Shown piece by piece: positions 37,330 through 50,935 of a stretch of 64,000 nucleotides of DNA. The stretch comes from Utricularia gibba (Eukaryota > Plantae > Magnoliophyta): positions 558,001-622,000 of the forward strand of contig NEEC01000011.1 of the NCBI GenBank assembly GCA_002189035.1, written 5' to 3'. The notes beneath the pieces were generated by a model, which worked only from the letters and a program-made list of their open reading frames with translations, was not told where the DNA came from and did not search any database. The first letter of the stretch is position 1; every line of letters starts with the position of its first letter. The position numbers and the translations under genes were made by a program.

Positions 37330-38315
37330 CGAGTGATCTATTAGGAGATGAGAACACATGGAGAATATGTATAGGAAATACCTTTGGAGGGCTGGAAATT
37401 TCTTGGTGCTTCTAACATGTGTTGCATGCAATCCTTTGCATTCAGGATGTGTTACTAGAGACCCTAGTAGCTATTGAAGAACATGCATCCAAAAGACTAA
37501 CACTTCTAGGTAGACACATCTTTCATTTATGTTTTTTAGAATATGGCTGCAATTGACTATGTATTTGTAGAATTGTGTTGGGGCCATAGATGGTACATAC
37601 ATCGATATGTGAGTAACGCAATCTGAAAGTGTAAGATATAGAAATTCAAAGGATGTGATATCCACAAATGTGTTGGGTGTATGTGATGAGGACATGAAAT
37701 TTATATATGTGTTTTCTAGGCTGGCCTGCTATAGACAGCCGAGTCCTGAATGTTCTCCAAAGATCCAATGCCTTTCGTGTACGCCAAGGTATTCGATTGT
37801 TTTAGACCCTGCATGCGATTCTGATCATTTATGGTAATGGATACGTGATGATACAGAAACATATTACTTATGTGATAATGGATATGCCAATGGAGAGAGC
37901 TTCTTAGCACCATACTACCGAGTCCATTATCACTTGAAGAAGTGGGGACAGGGAAGTGAAATACCCCAAAATGGGAAAGAGCTATTCAACATGCAGCATG
38001 CATCAGCCAAAAATGTGATTGAAAGAGCTTAGGGCTCAATGAAGATACGGTGAGGTATACTACGATTGGCTAGCTACTACTCGATAGGTACGCAGAATCG
38101 GATAATATTGGCATGTGCTTTGCTCCACAACCTTAATTGAAAGGAAATGATTATCAACCCCCTTGAGGATGAGGTCCCATTGGACTTTCAGAATCAAGCT
38201 GGGGAAACGATGATATAGAAGATATCATAGCTTCTATTGGTGCAAGTCAAGCATGGAATAGGTGGCATAACGAGCAAGCTGAGGTGGTGTACACCAAGTG
38301 GCTCATAACCCATAG
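37330..38315 (+). pseudogene. PIF/Harbinger DDE transposase remnant
   Basis: NCVGAIDGTYI..YRNSKDVISTNVLGVCDEDMKFIYV, AKNVIERA.G..K.R, QNRIILACALLHN. Confidence 0.9.
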
Positions 38316-39093
38316 ACGCTGCTAATGTAGGCCTTCTATGAATTGTTGTGTCGTTGCTTTTCCTAAATGACCATTTTCAAGGCATAGAGACGTTTGTAAT
38401 GGATTTTTTATGTGAATCTTGTATGTGTCAGAAAGAATGAACGAGCACTTTAGATACACATATCCAGTGCAAGGTCATACGTACAAGGTCATATGTTGAG
38501 ATGAACACTGCTACTAAAGGTAGCAAGTACCGCATACAAAGATATCCAGTGTAGGGTGATACTTACAAGGAGCATACATTCACATGAACACCACTACTCA
38601 TGGTAATTGGTGCTTGCATCTAATAGTAGTCGGATTCTAGCACTCTAGTGCATGTTACCATGGGGTAAAAAGGTATTACATGGAGGATCGTTAGACCAAA
38701 CACCACAATTCATAAAATCTGGTACTTCAGAAAGCTTATGGGACACTACACATATAGTAGCACCGTCTGTTGTGTTGTTTGGTGTTCAGTTTTTTAAAGA
38801 GAAATGAGTTTCATGGTGAAGTTATCCAACATTAAATGCATTGGGCGGTTGTTAATTGCAATGGGTTATCAATTCCTACCTGCGCACAGTAATGGCACTT
38901 GATATTTCACGCCCTTACAATTCTTTCTTTTTGGCATACGTGCAGTAGCACCTCATACACAAGATACCATCTGCGACCCTCAGTTGTTATTTGGAGAGAT
39001 ACTCAATGGTAGGCAAAACAATACGTGGCATTAGTCATATGCATTTCAGATTCTTCCTTTCTTTTTGTAGTACTATTTTCATTTTTTTTGTAG

Positions 39094-39414
39094 ATGTTGG
39101 TGTGTGAAAAACTATGTGCCTGCTACACAATTCCTGAACGACCAGCTAGAGTTGGAATAATGGGATGCGTCATCAGCATTAAGCACTCTTTATGTGGATT
39201 GCGACTGGCCCCACCTCCTTTCTTAGCGCAGATACTTGCCGCGCTCCAGATCTCCATGTGTGTGCAACGTAAGGGAAGCCCCCACTATTCTCTACATGGT
39301 AAACCAGGTGTGGATCTCATCACAGATGTTAGAAGTGCATATGATGATTGGTAGACTAGTTTCGTAAAGGCTGACAAGATTGAATGTGTCAGAACATGTA
39401 AGAGAGCCATAAGG
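39094..39414 (+). pseudogene. Exon with a Transposase_28 (putative gypsy-type)-like motif
   Basis: VISIKHSLCGLRLAPPPFLAQILAALQI; flanked by tgtag acceptor and aag/gtaat donor; counterpart at 63702-63960. Confidence 0.55.
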
Positions 39415-39494
39415 TAATAACATGCACGTGCTTTATTATTCTAAATCTATGTGCATCAAAAGGCATACTATTTTTCTCTTGTTGTTGTAGGTAT

Positions 39495-40117
39495 TGTTGC
39501 GTATCGTTTCCTCAATAAATTTTAAATATATAAAATGTAGAACAAAAAAGAGCATAGTACGAGTATCGATTTCAAGGAGTTGAGTTTTACAAAAAGTGTT
39601 TTGTAGAAACTTTCACAAATTGTAACGAATTTGTAAAAGGAGGTTTTTGAAGTATAAGAATAAAAGATACAAGCTAAGTAATGAACCTTGACTAAAGGTT
39701 TTAGTTCCTAGGAAATGGACTCCGTTTCTTCCTTTCATCAATCCTTGCATCAACTTTCAATGATTCCTTCCGAATAACTAGTTATAGGAGCAAAGAATAG
39801 CCTACTTTGTCTTACACTCTAATTGACAAGGAGGCATAGGAATAGCCTCATATGGTTCCCCCTTTGACGATTGAGAAGACAAGAGGATTGTCGTCGATTG
39901 CCTTCAAAACCGAATTGTGCATGTGTGTCCAGCTGTTGTCAATGACCAGTAGTAGGTACGAGGTCACTATCTATCCACTATTGCAATATCTCGGTCACAA
40001 ACACTTCACTACTTCGCTCGAACTGCTAGGGTTGGAGTTGGTGCTCTTCACCATTTATAATAATATATAACTAGAAAATGACACTTAATAGATACAGAGG
40101 TCATGTCAATGCATGCT
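39495..40117 (-). mobile_element. Partial LTR related to the solo LTR 7045-8418
   Basis: tgttgcgtatcgtttcctcaataaatttt...agtacgagtatcga matches the reverse complement of 8340-8418. Confidence 0.65.
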
Positions 40118-41146
40118 TGATAACACATATTTTTGAGTAATTGAGTATAGGAAAATGACTCATATTGTGCTACAAATCTTAAGCTTTTATTGCCTATTTT
40201 TATGTTTTTGCGAATAGTATCGTAGTTGTACTTTTTATTCCTAGTTGGGACTAAAAATCAACGCACCACATGTCAACAACCCAAATCCCAAGGCGTCAGA
40301 TATAAATAGTGCAGTAACATAGGATGAGGCAAAAGGCTTAAAAGAAGGACACAAAATCCAAGGAAAGAAAAAGGAAGATTTTGAACAAAAAATGAGAAAA
40401 GATGGAGAGAGAAAAGGAGATCTGAAGACCATCTTTTTTTTCCAATGAGTATTATTCTTAGCTAAGAAAAGCTAGCAACAAATCTAGTTTCTGTTGAACT
40501 TTTTAATTCCTTGCTTGTTTAATTCCTGGTAATCGATTGTGAGATGAATACAATGTGGATAATGTTTTATTTTCCATTTTTATTTACGTTAAGCATGTGT
40601 GGCTAAGTACATAGAGGTGCGTTGATGTGAAACGGGAGAAATGTGCTAATCAATCTTTAGACTTTATTAACCATAAGTCACGCCACTTCCTTAACAAACC
40701 AGGGAAGTAGTGAAACTCATCTTAACAACACTAATTAGAGGTAGACCAAAGATTAGGGGGAAAACAAGAGTTCATGTAGACCTAAACTTTGTTTGTTAGA
40801 TGTTTGATTTATAGTTTGTGTGAGCGTGTTTTAGTGATGAGCATACATCCTCTAAGAGTCCAAAGGCATCACCCATTTCATCTCAAGAACAACCGAGTTC
40901 AAAAATTTGTTACTTTTCTTTATTATATTCCATCATAATTCTACCTTAATCTTAGTTATGATCGAATCTATTAACGTGACACTGATTGCATGCATTGATA
41001 ATCACATGACAAACACCTACTCTTTGTATTCGACCCTAAACACAATGCTCATAATTGAATTATGTTTGAATGTGCATTAGGTTTATAAATTTTATTTCAT
41101 AGGAAATTTTACAATTTGAACAACATTGTAAATTTTTCATTTATCA
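40118..41146 (+). mobile_element. Solo LTR (Athila-like), 1029 bp
   Basis: tgataacac...tttatca with TSD ATGCT/ATGCA. Confidence 0.88.
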
Positions 41147-41294
41147 ATGCAAAAAAGAAGTTTTTGATTTTTTTCTATAGCAGAACGAAGTTACTCGAGG
41201 ACATCTTGCCACCTTTTGTAAATGCACCTAGAACACAACGTTTGTGGTGTGGAACTCCTTAGCATCGTAGACAACGTACGACACCATATGGGGA

Positions 41295-42697
41295 TTGATA
41301 AACGGGAATTTTCCTAATATCGTTGCAAATGAAAATGGAAAATCCATATCAAATAAATTTATAGTCCCTAATCGACACAAAATACAAATTTAGAAAACTT
41401 GTATAGTGGATGTCGGGGTCAATCACGAAGAGCTTGTGCTTGCTAAGTATTTTAGTAGATGCAAGATTTCGGATAACAGTAGGTCTTAGTCTAAGGTCGG
41501 ACTAACAGTGGTTAACAAGTTCAGTAAACAAGGTAGGTAAGCAATATCAGGTTTCTACGTTAAGGTAACAAGTACTGGTTTTGACTCAGACTAATACGAG
41601 GACGCCTTAAGGATCTGCGGGTGGTGTTATGCTAAGCTTTCTAACTTAATTTATTATCTTTCTACACTCACAACTTCAAATAACCTAAGTTTACCCAGGT
41701 CATTCAACATATTTTTGGCTTAAGGTAGTTCTCAATATCATAACTAACATTGCAATTAGGTCTACCCGCATGCAAGGCATATAGAACTAGATCTACCCGG
41801 TTCTACTGGTTCTACCCTGTACTAACACCGACTGATCTTGTCTTGGTTTGTTGGTCTACCTCTAAACCAAGCATGTAAGTTGTGAAACTACTTGCTCCCC
41901 TCCTTAGGTCTACCCACGGTTTGTTAGAAACAAGAGTTAAGGAAGACAAATAAATTTCATCATCAACCTAAACACATACCCCCACTTCTCCTTAAGACTC
42001 CAGCCACTCATGCTTTGAAAATAAAACACGATTTCATTCATATAAGTTGGCCAAAATGGCAGAAACATTGTAAACAAGTAAAATGCAGAAAGTCGAAATG
42101 TTCAGAAAACAAGAAAGTAAATAACGATTGTTCTTCCGCCCGTTAGCTACTGTTCACAGCCCGAAACAGTAGCGTTGGACTGGGCTCCGGTGCTTTTCAT
42201 GGTGATGAAGGCCTCCCTTCCCCCTCTGGTTGGTGTTTCTCCCATTGAGGAAGAAGATCCCCTTGCATCCCCCTGGTCGCTTAACTTTTCGCTCTCCTTT
42301 TTTTTCGAAAAATAAATCTCCCCTTTCCTTCACTCCATTGCACTGTTGGTGTCCGCCAGTACTGTTCCCGACCGCCAGCACTGTTCCCGGCCTGAACTTG
42401 CAGACTGCGGTGGCGGTAGAACAGTGCTCTTTGTCCTTCTCTGGATTTTGCGCCCCTTTTTTGCTTGTTTTTCACGTTTGCAAGTCTGATTTTCGGCTCA
42501 TCTCCCTGCTGAACTTACTGAAACATTAGTAACAAGAGTTATGGACTAAATCAAAGGATTTAGTCCACTTTTCAACATAATCACATAGGATTAACATAAA
42601 CACCACTAAAGTATGAAAAACCACATTTATCTAACCTAAATCATGATAAAATATAGCTATTTTGTGTTATGAATTTTAGGAAAAATGTGTGTTATCA
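41295..42697 (-). mobile_element. Solo LTR (family of 8994-10109), 1403 bp
   Basis: tgataaacgg...gtgttatca with TSD GGGAT/AGGAT; reverse-complement similarity to 9940-10060. Confidence 0.88.
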
Positions 42698-42702
42698 AGG
42701 AT

Positions 42703-43667
42703 GCGGAGCATGTAGTCCATGAAGAGGGTGAAAACGTGCAGCCAAATGGTGACAATAATGCATCAAAGCCAATTTCGACACTAGATAATGGGTGTGGAGC
42801 TGCCACTTCAAAGTAAATCAAGCTGGAGAAACTGTACGCAGAGAATCTTGAACTATGTGGACGACTTGCTTGGTATGAGTATAGGTGGCCATATGATGGA
42901 CATGCGAGCAAAGAAGCACACCCCGCTCCCCCACGGAAGTTATTCATATTGGAGGTAAATGACGTACTCGTGGACATCATATATCCTCAGATGTCAGGTG
43001 AGGAACTCCAAGGCCAGATGACATCATTTATGGATCAAATGGTAATGTGTTATATTCACCCATGGCCATCCATCCCCATGTAGTTGTCTCATGTTTGATA
43101 TCAGTTTAATATGTAGTTGTCTTCGACCATGAGCACAATGTTCCATTATTTGGATAACATGTTTTAGGGAACAGTTGCACAATGTGATCTAGTGGTTATT
43201 GGGACCAGAAGCCGCTGACAAGGTTGTCTTCCAATGAGATGGATCCAAGACATATGACACTGGTTATCCAATGCATTACAATATGAACAACACTGTTCAG
43301 GTGAAGATGTGCCAACATAGAGTTAAAGGGCAAATACCACCAACTTAATAAAATACTCATCGATGATGTGCTGTACAAGTCACTACACAACTTGGTGAGT
43401 GTCTCATCAATCTCTTGTGCCACTCCATGACACGTTTGATGATGGTATACTTTCATTGCACAGCTCGAGAATTTCATATTCCAAACCACCTACAAGTACA
43501 CCTCGGTCAACGATTCTTTGTTGGTTCGAGGGGAGGATATCAAGACGTTCTTGGAAGTGCTCATTCACCAGATGGATGTTTCCACATTCGTCGATCGCTG
43601 TCGATTAGGTCAATATCCAATAAACAAGGAGTATCCGCTGTGGAAGCACTACAAGAGTATTGCTTGA
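42703..43667 (+). pseudogene. FCP1/NIF-like HAD phosphatase pseudogene
   Basis: RKLFILEVNDVLVDII (cf. KKLLVLDxNGLLxD), VVFQ*DGS (cf. FCWDQS), KILIDDVLYKSLHN (cf. LLLDDSPYKALLN), intron gtgagt...gcacag, then EDIKTFLEVL...LGQYPINKEYPLWKHYKSIA*. Confidence 0.82.
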
Positions 43668-44159
43668 TAGACGACGTTGCTTTAATTTGCATGGATATTG
43701 CTTTAACTATAGTATTCTAACTTTGTCGTTACTTAAAACAACAATTGTAGAAGCACTAAGTATCTAAAGATCGAGTGCCACAACTAACCACTGCAGAGGG
43801 TATATCCATATGCAGTGCTTTAGTTGATGACACCACAATAGTTAATGTTAATGTGATGCTCTTTCATCATTTATAGGTAGCATCACAATGTGTTGTGCCC
43901 TAGTTCGGAGCATAGTGTTTATGGATTAGTTCTAGAAAGCGTAACAACGAGCTTTTTCATATGCAGTGCTTTCGAGGAGGCCATTAGAGCACCGTTTGTC
44001 CTCTACTATAGTGCTCATGCCTTGTGCACAACATTCCCTACTTCAATCTGGTGTTGCATATTTGAGTTACATGCACTCATCTTTGGCCCACACTTTCATG
44101 TGCAATACCATACACATTTGCTTAGAAGCTAAAATATTCAGTGCATAAACTAACAGCTG

Positions 44160-44869
44160 GATGGATGTAACAAAAGTTAGGCATACAACCATCCTTGAAG
44201 TCCACCAAAGTGCAAACACCGCACAAAAGGTTCAAGATCTACGGTCTGAGACTAGTCGCACCTCTTCGATGAATCCCTATCGAGTGATACCCGGATGTAG
44301 GGGACAATCCGAAGATTCATCCACATACTCACCAACCTCTTCGATGAATCTTCTCTTCCTAGTCGCACCTATGAAGCTCACAGTATTATCTCTGGTACCT
44401 CGATCCTTTCCGAAAATTTCTCACCACTCCATGTAATATGGCCACTCTTTTATCTTAGTGCACACAGCCTTGGTACATATTAACATAAGCACAAAATAAG
44501 CATTGAGTTTAAGTGCCGACTATAAGCAAATATGTACCCGATCAATCTCTTTCTATACCTCCTCATTGGCATCTACGATGTTGGTTATCTCATTGAAACC
44601 GGTGCCAGACCTTATTGAGAAATCCACAAGGAGGTAGTAGTCTTTTTTTCATACATGCACCTTACTAGATATATGTGGGTCTGCATGGATGTCAGTTCAT
44701 AGGCGATGTCTCAAGAACTCTGTCTCAAGAACTTGGTGATACCCGCCTCTGAAATCATTCTCAATCTTCCAGCCTTCTTTCACTATCTACTTTAGAGCAT
44801 GCAACAAATCCTTCTCCTCATTTGGCTTTCAGGCCCGTTTTGTTTTTCTGGTGGAATCTTCGACGACAT
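44160..44869 (-). pseudogene. PIF/Harbinger Myb/SANT-like DNA-binding protein remnant
   Basis: KTKRA*KPNEEKDLLHALK.IVKEGWKIENDFRGGY and ADPHISSKV..SGTGFN match the Myb/SANT ORF of PIF elements. Confidence 0.8.
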
Positions 44870-46530
44870 ATGGGTATGCATATCTATAGTCTACACCTGA
44901 GGAAATGAAGCAAGACGAACAAAGCAATTTTCAATTGGAAAACTCCACACAAGGAATGATGTCCACAATCAACAAGTAACCCATGCACCGAAGCCCTCAC
45001 ATACCGATGAAATTGCTGGAGAACTCATTGTGTGGCAACACCGTGTCCCAGCAGATGGTGTCGATGGGGAAGCAGGAAAATGAATTATGATATAAAGTGG
45101 TGGGAATTTTCGGGAAGGTATATATTGATAATTTTATGTGTACATTCATCATGTACCTAATTTAAACCCGCGTACCAAATGTGTTTTAATCTTAAATCGA
45201 AATAAATTAAACCCATAAACCAAACATAAATAATCTTTTAAGTCCATAAAATTCATTTATCTAAATCCAAATAAACTAAACCCACGTTTAAGCATTATCC
45301 ACTAACCAGATGTGCTCTAAGGGAAAGGAATATTCATTTATTCATGCTCATCAAAATGAACTTAGTACAATAGGTGAGAAGGAGAAAGATGGAACAACAA
45401 ATGACCAGACAACAAGGGAAATTGCTAGGTTAGAGCTACGAAAACAAGTGGTACAATAGCTTGACTTGGGAAGGATGCGAACAAGAGATCAAAATTAATC
45501 ATGTTCGGAAGTCAAATTGAGGTGAGACTTAGAGGGTACTGCCAATGATGGCAAGCGGAAGGAGTCATAGAATGGCGATGCAAAATGCAGTAGAATGGGA
45601 AGGAATTCGTGGTGGTAAATGTTTATGGCCTGCAAAGAATAATGAAAAAGAAAGCACTTTGGAGAAGGTTGAAAACTAGAATCCAAAACATAGACACAAG
45701 GATATGCTCGATGAGGGACTTCAACACCATTTTACGACAGCGCAAAAGAAAATGATGCAATACTAATATAGTGAGGGATAGAGAAAGGTTTCAGAATTTT
45801 GTCCAAGAGTAGGATTTACATGATCTGAACTTGGACGGCCGGAAGTTCAACTGGTTTAGTCAGAATCTGAAAAAAAATGAGCAAAATAAAACATTGTCTA
45901 GACTTCTAATAAATGATTGTTGGTTAGAGAATTTTCCAGATTGCAAGTTGACTTCCCTAGCGAGGGATGTGGCTGATCACTGGCCGATTTTATTATCAAT
46001 CGACATAATAAATGATGGTCCAAAACCATTTCGACTCCAAGGATCATGGTTTGCGCTGTGTGGGTTCAAGAAAATGCTCGAAAGTAGCAGGAAAATATTG
46101 GTAGAAACTGAAGTTGGAGGAAACTTACCCAAAAAGCTTAAGGATGTAACGTTTTAGTGTATTGTTATATATTTTGCATCTATCACTTAAAATAAAAGTA
46201 AAAATAAGTATTTTACATAATATATTTAATTTTTCTAAAACTTAACTTTTACTTTTATTTATTTTTACCTAATTTCAATTTTAACTACTTTACCTACTTA
46301 TCATACAAGTTGAGAAAATATGATTTATTTAAAAAGCAAGTTGTTTAACTTTTGACAGAGCCATGAACCAGCGGGTCGATGGAACAAGCTACAAGGACTG
46401 ATGGTAAATGGTCGTTGGTTAGAAAAACCCGAGGAAATAAGATAGGGAGCTAGAACACACTTTGAAGGAATTTTGAAAGGTGATGAGAAATAGGATGATG
46501 TTGTGGATATGGAGGGCATAAAGAAATTAA

Positions 46531-46730
46531 GGCTCTGTTTATTTCAGCCTTTACTTCAAATTAAGTGATTTTGAAGTGATTTTTATTGAAAACAGAAACA
46601 ACTTTTGCTTTTTTTGAAGCATAAACATTGAAGCGCTTCAATTTTTTTTTGAAGCAGATTAATACCCACTTATATCAGTTTTTGAAGCACTTTTTTTAAG
46701 CGCTTTTAATGAAGCGAAAATAAACAGACC
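46531..46730. mobile_element. Tourist-like MITE, 200 bp
   Basis: TIRs ggctctgtttattt / aaataaacagacc flanked by TAA/TTA. Confidence 0.8.
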
Positions 46731-47037
46731 TTAAAATGGTTATATCAGTTTTAACTTCATGCTGCTTTTCACCAGAATAAATAAAATGTCTAGGCCCAAA
46801 TGGATTCTCTTTTAATTTTTACAAGTGCATGTGGGATTTAGTTAGCAATGAGGTTATGGATTGGGTTAAGAGCCTTGAAGAATTGGGAAAATTAGGGATG
46901 GGGACAAATGCCTTCTTCATAAGTCTTGGTTCGAGAAAAACGGAATCCCCAAGTCTTGGTGGGTTCATTATACAAGATTATAACGAAATTGTTGAAAAAC
47001 CATCCAAATGGGGTGATGAGACCTAATAGATGTAACC

Positions 47038-48194
47038 TGATAACACATATTTTTAAGTGGCTCAATGCATGGAATTTACTTATTTTATGCTACAAAAATT
47101 AAGCTTAATTGCCCGTTTCTATATTTTTGCACATAAGTACCGTAGGAGTGCACTTTTAGTCTTAGTTGGGACTAAATCTGCGATTTAGTCCCAACCTTCT
47201 AACAGTTCCTTTCGAGCAATGCAGTATGGGTTGCAACACAAATCCCAAGGAGCCGTGTATGAACAGTGTGGTGGCAGAAGTCTGAAAAAGAGTACACACA
47301 AAGTCCAAGGAGGTGAAAAATGGAGATTTTGGGCACAAAGGGAGGAAAGGTGGAGAGAGAAGCAGATCTCCCCTTGGAGACTCACGAACACAATTTCTGG
47401 GAAGGTTTTATGGGGAGGAAGAAGAAGGAAGACAAACAGGAACGAAGCTGAAGTTCAAGATTATTTTTTGTCTTCGAAAAACATTACTCCTAGCTAAGAG
47501 TAGCTAGTGACGTTTTTCAGTTTTTGTTGACACTTCACATTACTTGCTTGTTTGCTTTCTGGTATTTGACTGTGAAATGAGCACACTGTGGGTGATGTTT
47601 TCTTTTCCACTTTCATTTATCTTAAGCATGAGTGGCTAAGTACTTAGGGGGGTGCCTTGGGGTAAAAAGGGGAGAAACATGTTAATCAACCTTTAGATCT
47701 AAACAGCCATGAGTCATGCCACTTCCTTAAAAAACCAGGATAGATCCAGGAGGGGGAAGTAGTGAAACCCAACTTAACAACCCTAATTAGAGGTAGACTA
47801 AAGATTAGGGGGAAAAACAAGAATCCGGGTAGACCTAGATCTTGTGAGTTAGTTGTATGATTTGTGGTTTGTGTGAGTTTGTTTAGTAATGAGAATACAT
47901 CCCTTAGGAGTCCCAAGGCATCACCATTCCATTCCAAAAACAACCGAACTCTAGAACTTGTTATTTTTATTTACTGTATTTCGTTTTAGTTCTGCCTTAG
48001 TCCTAACTAAGACCAATTTTACCAACGTAACACTAGTTTCGTGCGTCAACTTTCACATAGCAAGCACCTGCTCTTCGTGTTCGACCCTAATCACTATGCT
48101 CATAATTGTTTTATGCTTGAATGTGGGTTAGGTTATAAATTCAATTGATAGGAAAATTTGCAATTAACGACATTGCGTAATTTTTCGTTTATCA
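47038..48194 (+). mobile_element. Solo LTR (Athila-like), 1157 bp
   Basis: tgataacac...gtttatca with perfect TSD TAACC (47033-37, 48195-99). Confidence 0.93.
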
Positions 48195-48798
48195 TAACCA
48201 CACCGCGATTTTTCAGGGAGCTTCATGTTGAATAGTGCATTAGTTGCAAATGAGATTACTAGTGTATTAATTGGAATTTCTTGTTGAAATTTGTTGTCAC
48301 TGATGGGGTTCAGCCTAAAATGGAATGGATGGATTTGGGGTTAATTTGATGGATACCTATTTCTCTACAATTTAAAAATACTTATCTTATCAAAACCTTT
48401 TACAAAATACCCATTTTTAATATTTCTTTAACAAATGATTACCAAAAAAATGAAATACACATACATGACATGTTAGTGTATTTCAATTTTTTGTTTTTAT
48501 TTTTATGTATGCTTTTATATTTATATTCATATTCATTATTTTATTAAAACATTCAGAAAAAATAATAAATGTCATATGATGTGTAGTTAAATTATATAAT
48601 ATTGAAGAACATTGTAATATATTTAATCTAAAATATAAAAAATAAATTTGAATATAAATATTTGATAATAATTATCAATATATTATAATATTAAATCAAC
48701 TCATTATAATTTAAAATTATTATACTAAATGATTTCAACTCATTATCTTTAATCCTAAAAGATCTTTTCATTTATGTGTTAATGATATAATCGATATA

Positions 48799-49567
48799 TG
48801 ATAAGTGATTTTGTGTCACTCATATTTGTGCTTTTTGAGACTCACTTAGATGGGTTTTGCAATTTTTTCATCTCATTTTCCTTATGTTTTTTGAAGAATT
48901 TTATATCTTTTATACCACTTTGATCTTTTTGGAGGTAAAGTATATTTTGTGATTTTTCAGGACGAATTTTTGCATGTTTAGGGTTTAGAGTCAAGTCTAG
49001 CATATTTTGCATGTTTTCCCTTTCGTTTTTCATCAACTTTTGTTATTTAAAGTCAAGCATGCGCGTGAGAGCGCTTGCGGCCGAGGATTTGTTGTGAAGT
49101 CTTGCTTGCGCAAGTTCTATGCATGTAGTCGTCTTACTATGTTTTCCAACATTTAATTTGAGGTATGATTTTTTTTTTTTGCAACGTTTTCTTTACCAAC
49201 GTGATCTTTTGTACCATATAACCCTAAGGGAGTGTGGGAGAATCTAAGGTTGGCCTCAAACACCTAAGGAGAAGGGATCAATCGGACATCATTGGTAAGA
49301 CACATTTTGTCTAATTTTTCTGCAAGGTGAGAGGTGTAGGGGTTAGATTTGGGTGTGGAGAAAACATGGGTTATCACAAGAGATGAAATGGCTCTGGTGG
49401 CGTGGTTGATTCCATTATCCAACAAAACAAGGGACGATGGTATAACGGTCACCGAGTAGTACTACTTTAGTATAACACCCCCAAAGCTTGCGCAAGCAGG
49501 TTAGTATTCAATGTTTGCACATATGCAAGGATGAGTTTCAAGTAAGGTGGATCTTAGATCCAAATCA
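48799..49567 (+). mobile_element. Probable gypsy LTR fragment
   Basis: Starts tgataagtgattttgtgtcac with LTR-like composition; no TSD found. Confidence 0.4.
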
Positions 49568-50935
49568 ACTTTTTTTATTGTCTTTGAAACCCAATCTTTC
49601 TTTTGTTTTTAGTCTTTTTAAATCTTTGTTTTGAAAGGAAAATTCCAATAACAATTTTTTGTGGATACAATTTTATATTATTACTTCGACTATTTCTGTA
49701 CACTTGCAGAATTACCATCAGTATACAACAGTTTTTTGAAATATATTTTTTTAATAACAAGCAGTGCCTAACATTAGTCAAATGCTGATAGAATCACAAG
49801 AAGAATGCAACATTTTATGGGTGCTGTTTCAAATAAAAAGCTGCATCCAGGAAAAGTTTTACAAGTTTTTTTTTATCTTTGCATTTGTATCTATATTCAT
49901 AATAATTGTTTTATTAAAATTTTCTGAAGCAATAATAAGTGTAATACAATAAATAAAATTTATGCATATATTCATATTTATTGTGTTTATTACTAATTTC
50001 AAAAACAATAATAAATATCATATTATTCATATCTAAATTGTGCACTACTAAAAACACATTGTAATAAAATGAGATATATTGTATTGTTTAATTTAAAAAT
50101 ACAAAATAAATATCGATATAACTATTTAGTAATAATTTTCGATATACTCTCATAGTAAATCAATAGAAAAAGATACATAAATATTGCATATTAACGATGC
50201 TTAGAATAAGAAGCAGCGACCAACATATTGTGGGCACTACTTCAAATAAGAAGTAGCACCGAGGAAAGGTGTTACTAGTAATACATATTGCATAATTCTT
50301 CTGAAACATGAGCATTCCAAAAGGGAAATACAATATCGATTTATGAAGAGACCGACAATTGGAGCATTTCTTCAGAAAATATGTCAATGGTAACTATATT
50401 TTTAAATAGAATACATTTGTTATTGGTGAAGTGCAGTTTAATACTTTCAATTTCCATTAATGGAAAAAAACCCAAAATATTGAAGTGATTTTATTGATGG
50501 GTACATATTATATGATTTTGTCGAAAATTCTACTATCCAATAGAGTGTTACAATATGGATTCTATAATGGACAGATCATCAACAATGTCCTAGAAAAATG
50601 TTCACTATGGATGTATTTTATTTTTTATTGCTTATTAGAATGTTATGTTTGAATCATTGGAGGGATTTTTCTAATAACTGAAATCTAAGCATTAATACAA
50701 TTCGCTTAGTACATACTACACCTCGGATATTCCAAGTTGGTGGTTCAATATCTCTTCATCTCATGTCTTTTACTATTAGCAATATCCCAAGACATTGTTT
50801 ATCATCTTCATTTAACAGTTGGATACCATAGAATATAAAAAACTCTTAGTTGGAAACTTAAGAAATGTTAGAAAATCAAAAGAATCTTACATGGAAAACA
50901 TTTTTTACCTGTTGGTTTTCCAACACTAGATGAAG

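Larger units (their letters stand above)
37330..45317. mobile_element. Composite PIF/Harbinger-like element (left end lost) with convergent transposase and Myb ORFs and internal cargo
   Basis: DDE transposase (+) at 37330-38315, Myb/SANT ORF (-) at 44160-44869, candidate right terminus ccagatgtgctc followed by TAA; unity of the element is inferred. Confidence 0.6.
45433..48260 (+). mobile_element. Degenerate L1-like LINE (endonuclease to start of RT) with nested insertions
   Basis: VVNVYG, DFNTIL, SRLLI..W...FP..DHWPILL..GPKPFR; LNSALVANEI resumes after the solo LTR. Confidence 0.85.
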
